From an uncultured virus (IMG/VR IMGVR_UViG_2930745263_000002) (lineage: Duplodnaviria > Heunggongvirae > Uroviricota > Caudoviricetes), in IMG/VR virus record IMGVR_UViG_2930745263_000002: a stretch of 20,000 nucleotides of DNA. The stretch is one strand, 5' to 3'. The notes under the pieces are model-generated. The model did no database searches, was not told the origin of the DNA, and worked only from the letters and a program-made list of their open reading frames with translations. A program made the translations under genes and the position numbers. This document shows positions 15,402 to 20,000 of this stretch, piece by piece (position 1 is the first letter of the stretch; each line of letters opens with the position of its first letter).

Positions 15402-15932
15402 TCAGCGGGCGGCGGTCAGGGGTGTGAGGTCGAGGTCGAGGGCCTCGCCGGGGCGCAGCGGGCGTCCGGTCTCGCGCAGGTGCTGCAGGGAGGGGGCCGA
15501 CTCCCAGTCGTAGCCGGTCCAGTCGGCGGCCGGGGTGGTGTCGCAGCCGCAGTCGCAGCGGTAGGGGATGACCAGGAGGAGGGCGGCGGCGGGGTGGATG
15601 TCGCAGCCGTCCCAGGGGAAGCCCTCGGTGATCAGGACCAGGGGGCCGTCGGCTTCCTCGGTGTAGGCGTTGCTCTGGCAGCAGAGGCAGAGGCAGGTGG
15701 GGTCGACCAGGCCGGGCATCGCCCAGTACGGGTCGGTGAAGTGCTCGGCATCGACCGGCCCGGCTCCCTCCCGGTGGGCGTCGGGGAAGGCGGCGACGAC
15801 CGTGTCGCCGAGGGCGACCTGGTCGGCGCGCACCACCGTGGCCCGGGCCAGGTCCGCCGCGTCGATGAGGGCGTAGCCCTCCCCCGTCGGGCGGGGGGTG
15901 ATCCGCGTACGGGCCGCTGTCCGGGTCGTCAT
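15402..15932 (-). CDS. Hypothetical Cys-rich protein
   Basis: ATG at 15932 with ATGA overlap and a GGAGG RBS. CLCLCC and CDCGC motifs. Confidence 0.7.
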   Translation of the reverse strand: MTTRTAARTRITPRPTGEGYALIDAADLARATVVRADQVALGDTVVAAFPDAHREGAGPVDAEHFTDPYWAMPGLVDPTCLCLCCQSNAYTEEADGPLVLITEGFPWDGCDIHPAAALLLVIPYRCDCGCDTTPAADWTGYDWESAPSLQHLRETGRPLRPGEALDLDLTPLTAAR

Positions 15933-16303
15933 GCCTCGGCCTCCGCTTCCTTGTCGAGGTCGCCGATCGCCCAGCCGATCTGGTTCGTGGGCTGGTTCGT
16001 GATGGTGGAGATGGTGCCGACGACGAAGCCGTCGATGTCCGGCCGCCAGGCCCGCAGCCGGTGGGAGTGGATCGCCTCGATCAGGTCGGTGGCGAAGGAC
16101 CCGTGGACGTCCTTGGACTTCCACACGCAGACCTCGGGCGCCGGGTCGCCGTCCTCGTGGCGGGTGAAGAGCCGCAGCTCCTCCTTGCCGGTGCGGGTGT
16201 GCAGGAGCAGCAGGGCGGTGCTGATCGTGGGGGCGCCGTCGTTGGCGAACTCGGCGGCGAGCAGGGCCCGCAGGCGGGCGGTGGGGGCGAGGGCGGTGGT
16301 CAC
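15929..16303 (-). CDS. Hypothetical protein, paralogue of 16722-17090
   Basis: GTG at 16303 with GTGA overlap. Shares TARLRALLA, APTISTALLLL, VCVWKS, EAIxSHRLRAWRP and GWA..DLD with the paralogue. Confidence 0.8.
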   Translation of the reverse strand: MTTALAPTARLRALLAAEFANDGAPTISTALLLLHTRTGKEELRLFTRHEDGDPAPEVCVWKSKDVHGSFATDLIEAIHSHRLRAWRPDIDGFVVGTISTITNQPTNQIGWAIGDLDKEAEAEA

Positions 16304-16518
16304 GGCCGCACCGTCCGCTCGACCAGGCCGAGGTGCCACTCCCGGCCGACGCGGGGGTCGTGGCCGCAGGTGCCGGCGACCTCGCCGTCGGGCCCGTTGG
16401 TGATGGAGAGGTACTTGCCCTCCTTGAGCTGGGCGACCGCGTACGCGATGCGGTGCTCCAGGCGCTCCTGGTCCATGAACTGCGCCCCCGTGAGGTGCGC
16501 GGTGTCGGTGGTGGCCAT
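16300..16518 (-). CDS. Small hypothetical protein
   Basis: ATG at 16518 after GAAGGGA; 72 aa; first gene behind set B promoter copy 4. Confidence 0.7.
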   Translation of the reverse strand: MATTDTAHLTGAQFMDQERLEHRIAYAVAQLKEGKYLSITNGPDGEVAGTCGHDPRVGREWHLGLVERTVRP

Positions 16519-16557
16519 CTTCGTCCCTTCGCTTGCCGGGCCTGTTCCCGTGTCCAC

Positions 16558-16586
16558 ACCATAGGCGAAACCCAATACACATGGAA
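16558..16586 (-). promoter_or_regulatory. Promoter with GTGTATTGGGT spacer box (set B, copy 4)
   Basis: Minus strand reads TTCCAT-gtgtattgggtttcgcc (17 nt)-TATGGT. Confidence 0.75.
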
Positions 16587-16651
16587 TAGGTATCGGGGTT
16601 ATTGATCATGCTTCGCAGCCGCCGCCCGGCCGCCGGCCACGCCGACGAGGA

Positions 16652-16703
16652 CGGGTCCTCCGCCCACCCCGCCCCGCCGGGTGCGGGGTGGGCGGAGGAC
16701 CCG
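16652..16703. terminator. Long hairpin terminator after 16722-17090
   Basis: 21-bp perfect stem CGGGTCCTCCGCCCACCCCGC / GCGGGGTGGGCGGAGGACCCG. Confidence 0.8.
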
Positions 16704-16721
16704 CTTACGGGCCTCGGGCGC

Positions 16722-17090
16722 TCAGCCCTCTGCGTCGAGGTCCTTGACCGCCCAGCCGAACTCGCCCGTGGGGTAGTTCGTGGTGGCGTCGCGCCCGATG
16801 ACGACTTCGTCGATCCCGGGCCGCCAGGCGCGCAGGCGGTGGGACTGGATCGCCTCGCTCACGTCGATGGCGAAGGGGCTGCGGTCACCCCCGGACTTCC
16901 ACACGCAGACCTGGGGGCCCCGGCGGCCGCCCGAGATGCGGGCGAAGAGCTTCAGCTCGAAGTCGCCGGTGCGGATGTCGAGGAGCAGCAGGGCGGTGCT
17001 GATCGTCGGGGCGTCCGCGTCGGCGAACTTCTCGGCGAGCAGGGCGCGTAGGCGCGCGGTCGTCCCTGTGCGTGCGGTGTCGGTCGTCAT
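16722..17090 (-). CDS. Hypothetical protein, paralogue of 15929-16303
   Basis: ATG at 17090 after GAAGGGA (MTTDTARTGTTARLRALLA...). Confidence 0.8.
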   Translation of the reverse strand: MTTDTARTGTTARLRALLAEKFADADAPTISTALLLLDIRTGDFELKLFARISGGRRGPQVCVWKSGGDRSPFAIDVSEAIQSHRLRAWRPGIDEVVIGRDATTNYPTGEFGWAVKDLDAEG

Positions 17091-17128
17091 GTTCGTCCCT
17101 TCGTGCTGGGCGTGTTCCCGTGATCCAC

Positions 17129-17157
17129 AACGTAGACGAAACCCAATACACATGGAA
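17129..17157 (-). promoter_or_regulatory. Promoter with GTGTATTGGGT spacer box (set B, copy 5)
   Basis: Minus strand reads TTCCAT-gtgtattgggtttcgtc (17 nt)-TACGTT. Confidence 0.75.
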
Positions 17158-17304
17158 TAGAAAGAGAGGGCGGATTGATCTTGACTCCTCGCCCCTGGCA
17201 GAGCGTTCATGGAGTCACGGCGGAGCCCACCGCGAAGCCAAGCGGACCGCCAACCCCCTTACGGGGACGCCCACTTGACCCACACGAAGAGAACGAGGAC
17301 GACC

Positions 17305-17961
17305 ATGAACACGCAGACGATCGCCGCCCCGGCCGACCTGACCGAGGCCCAGCGCAAGGCCCTCGCCGCCCTGGCGGACCGCCCCGGCTCCAAGGCCGCC
17401 GAGATCGCCCTGGCCGCCGGGATCGGCGGCTCCACCGCAGGCAAGGCCCTCACCGCCCTGGAGTCGCACAACCTGGCCTACCGGGAGCACGGCGAGAAGG
17501 TCGGCGGCCGCCGGACGGCCGACCGCTGGTACTACCGCCCCATCGAGGCCGACCCGCAGGAGACGACGACCGACGAGGCCGAGGCCGAGACCGCGCCGGA
17601 GGAGGCCGCACCCGCCCCGCAGGCGGCACCGGAGGCGACCCCCGCCCCCGAGGCCGACGCGGCCGCACCGGAGGCCGACACGGCGGCACCCGAGGCCGAC
17701 GAGCCCCCGGCCGAGGCCGAGGCACCGAAGGCGGCCAAGCCCGCGACCAGCACCCGGCTGGCACGCGGCGGCCTGCGCCAGATGGTCTTCGAGCACCTGG
17801 ACGCCCACCCCGGCGACGAGGTCACCGCCCCTCGCCTGGCCAAGGCCCTCGGCCGCAGCGCCGGGGCGGTCGCCAACGCCCTGGTCAAGCTCACCGAGCA
17901 GGGACAGGCCGACCTGGTCGGCGAGAGCCCCCGCCGCTACCGCCTGGCCGGACAGGCGTAA
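17305..17961 (+). CDS. Double winged-HTH (MarR-like) DNA-binding protein with acidic Ala/Pro/Glu linker
   Basis: GAGG RBS and ATG at 17305. wHTH1 is 'AAEIALAAGIGGSTAGKALTALE' and wHTH2 is 'TAPRLAKALGRSAGAVANALVKL...PRRY'. Confidence 0.8.
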   Translation: MNTQTIAAPADLTEAQRKALAALADRPGSKAAEIALAAGIGGSTAGKALTALESHNLAYREHGEKVGGRRTADRWYYRPIEADPQETTTDEAEAETAPEEAAPAPQAAPEATPAPEADAAAPEADTAAPEADEPPAEAEAPKAAKPATSTRLARGGLRQMVFEHLDAHPGDEVTAPRLAKALGRSAGAVANALVKLTEQGQADLVGESPRRYRLAGQA

Positions 17962-17971
17962 CGGCCCCACC

Positions 17972-18005
17972 GGGGAGGGGCGCCCACCGACGGGCGCCCC
18001 TCCCC
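17972..18005 (+). terminator. Hairpin after the wHTH gene
   Basis: GGGGAGGGGCGCCC-accgac-GGGCGCCCCTCCCC. Confidence 0.65.
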
Positions 18006-18034
18006 CGCACCACCCGTACGAAAGGACTTTCCCG

Positions 18035-18229
18035 ATGGCGCGCATGCTCGCCCGCACCACGCCCCGCCACGCCGGCCGCGAGTGCCGGTACGCCGGCCGC
18101 CGGGGCTGCACCTGCTTCCACTACGCCCCCGGCGCCCTGACCAACCCCCGCCAGCGCTCGAAGTTCCGGACGCTGGAGCGGCGCCGGGCGCGCGCCGCCG
18201 AGAAGCGCACCTGGACCCGGCCCAACTAG
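18035..18229 (+). CDS. Small very basic protein with C..CxC motif
   Basis: AAAGGA RBS; 64 aa; Arg-rich C-terminus 'ERRRARAAEKRTW'. Confidence 0.65.
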   Translation: MARMLARTTPRHAGRECRYAGRRGCTCFHYAPGALTNPRQRSKFRTLERRRARAAEKRTWTRPN

Positions 18230-18485
18230 CCGACTGCGTAAGGCCGTTCGCCGCCCCGCACCGGGGCGCCGGGCGGCCTCGTGTCGCGTCCGGGCCAGCC
18301 CCCGGGCCCGGTGCACCCCCGTGCTCCTGCCGGGCCGACACGGGCGCCGTGGCGGCTTCCGCCCGGGCGCCCGTCCCGTTCCGGACCCCAGGGGCCGGCA
18401 GCGCGCCGGGCCGCGCCGCCGGCCCTGCCGGGGAAGCGGGGCGGCCCCCGCGCACCGGGCGGGTGCGCGGGGGCCGCCCCGTTCT

Positions 18486-19490
18486 CTACCGGGCCAGGAC
18501 CATGACCTTCTCCCCGCCGATCAGCGGGAGCCCCTCGGGTCCGGCGATGTACGGGCTGATCCACAGCGGCCGGGTGATGCCGAGCGAGGGGTAGGGCTGG
18601 TCCCTCCAGTGCCCGCGTACGACCCAGCGGTGCTGGTACTCACGGGTGCCGGGCTGCTCGCCCGGGTCGGCGCCGTTCGCGGTCCGGGCCCGGCGCAGCC
18701 GGATCATGCGGACTGCGGTGCCGTAGTCGCGGTCCATGCGCTGGATGCGGCGGCGGGAGGACCGGTCGGCGTCCACCCGCTCGCTCGTCGCGATGCTCTG
18801 GCCCATCAGCAGCCAGGTCGCCTGGATCAGCCGCAGGAGGGCGACTTCGCCGGGGTCGGTGTCGCTCAGGTCCGGCAGGCCCGGCTCGATCAGCGTGGTG
18901 CGCAGGTAGGTGAAGCCGTGGATCGGGTGGATGTTGGCCATCTCGCCGGGCCGTACGTGCGCGAACTTCGCGCGCAGCCACGCCTCGTTCTCCGCCGGGT
19001 CCACGCCCGCCATGTACTGCGGCAGGGCGGCGTCGACCTGGTCGAGGTACTCGCGGGTGCCGCTCCAGTAGTCGATCGCCAGGTGCCCGAGCCAGGGCCC
19101 CCAGGTGATCATCCGTACGGGCTGGTTGCCCGCCGCCTCGAACCGCATGGGCGGGTCCTCGAAGACCAGCATGCCGACCGGGGCGGGCAGGTCCTGCGGG
19201 CGTATCTCGTGGTCGGTCAGGCTCTGCGCCGCGTGGTGGGCCAGGGCCGTCATGTCGGAGGTGACGTAGAAGAGTTCAGCGGTGCGCAGCCCGGCGGCCG
19301 TGCGTGCGGCGAGGGCCCGCGTGGTCGAGATGCCGGGCGGCAGGAGGTGGTCGAAGGAGGTGCGCGCCTGGCTCCCCATCATGCAGTGGAGCCAGTTCGC
19401 CATCCCGTCCCGGGAGGGGTCGGCGGCCCAGGTGGCGAGGTCGGCGCGGACCTCGGGTATCTCGCGGGCGGTAGGTGCTGTGACGGCCAT
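18486..19490 (-). CDS. Hypothetical MGE protein with C-terminal HRWVVRGHWR motif
   Basis: ATG at 19490 after AAAAGGGG; 334 aa. C-terminus 'HRWVVRGHWRDQPY...PLWISPYIAGP'. Confidence 0.8.
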   Translation of the reverse strand: MAVTAPTAREIPEVRADLATWAADPSRDGMANWLHCMMGSQARTSFDHLLPPGISTTRALAARTAAGLRTAELFYVTSDMTALAHHAAQSLTDHEIRPQDLPAPVGMLVFEDPPMRFEAAGNQPVRMITWGPWLGHLAIDYWSGTREYLDQVDAALPQYMAGVDPAENEAWLRAKFAHVRPGEMANIHPIHGFTYLRTTLIEPGLPDLSDTDPGEVALLRLIQATWLLMGQSIATSERVDADRSSRRRIQRMDRDYGTAVRMIRLRRARTANGADPGEQPGTREYQHRWVVRGHWRDQPYPSLGITRPLWISPYIAGPEGLPLIGGEKVMVLAR

Positions 19491-19697
19491 GACCGTCCCC
19501 TTTTCAAGATCGGCAACATCGGGGCGACCAGACATTCCCGTGGGTCTCGCCGAGACATCCAGCGGTTTGGCTGCGTCCGGTGTCTGCCGTGGGAGAACTG
19601 GGCTCCAGGCCCCGCCGGCCCTTCCCCGGGCCGCGGTGCCGGCCCCTCGCGGCCGGGGGCGCCGCCCTGGTCCGGGCGGCACCCGTGGCCCGGCCGG

Positions 19698-20000
19698 TCA
19701 GGCGATGCGGGTGACCTCGAGCCGTCCCACGCAGGGGTCGGGCAGGACCGTGCGGGCGACCGGCGCGGGGTCGGCCATCGCCGCGCACAGGGCGTTGACG
19801 AGGTGGCCGGGGGTGCCGGGGGTGGCCAGGGCGTGCCACAGGACCCTCGTGTCGGCGAGGCGGCGGGCGGCGAACAGCCAGTTCTTCGCGTCGGCGCTGC
19901 CCGGGGTGAGGCGGTCCCCGGCGACGGCGGCCTGCATCGTCGGGGCGTACCAGTCGATGCCCTCGCCGAGGTCGCGTATCCATCCGGCCTCGGCGAGGGC
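19698..20000 (-). CDS. 3' part of a hypothetical gene truncated by the window edge
   Basis: The frame stays open from the window end (ALAEAGWIRDLGEGIDWYAPTMQAAVAG...) to the TGA at 19698. Confidence 0.6.
   Translation of the reverse strand, partial: ALAEAGWIRDLGEGIDWYAPTMQAAVAGDRLTPGSADAKNWLFAARRLADTRVLWHALATPGTPGHLVNALCAAMADPAPVARTVLPDPCVGRLEVTRIA

Noticed and set aside
18230..18485. Very GC-rich intergenic stretch as a possible ncRNA or ORF
   Set aside because: It lies between convergent genes, has no promoter or RBS, and its pairing potential is expected at this GC level.

Overview
High-GC actinobacterial (Streptomyces-like) mobile DNA, most likely part of a large plasmid or phage-plasmid. 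The left end is a maintenance module: an HTH replication-initiator-like gene containing 22-bp iteron-like repeats, an XRE-type regulator, and an RHH antitoxin/Doc-like toxin pair. The remaining ~16 kb is mostly a minus-strand array of small hypothetical genes, many Cys-rich or phage-like, including an Ea22-like gene, a degenerate Prim-Pol and an RGHWR-motif protein. The array is organised by two sets of five sigma70/HrdB-type promoters. One set carries a palindromic TACAAC-N5-GTTGTR box and the other an asymmetric GTGTATTGGGT box in the -35/-10 spacer. Some promoters are parts of ~90%-identical 'hairpin + promoter' direct repeats that flank unrelated genes, suggesting a shuffleable cassette array. 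One TACAAC-box promoter drives a ~220-nt non-coding, structured transcript with two non-canonical tRNA-like ends, one terminating in CCA just before a strong hairpin. All family assignments come from motif recognition by eye; no searches were run.
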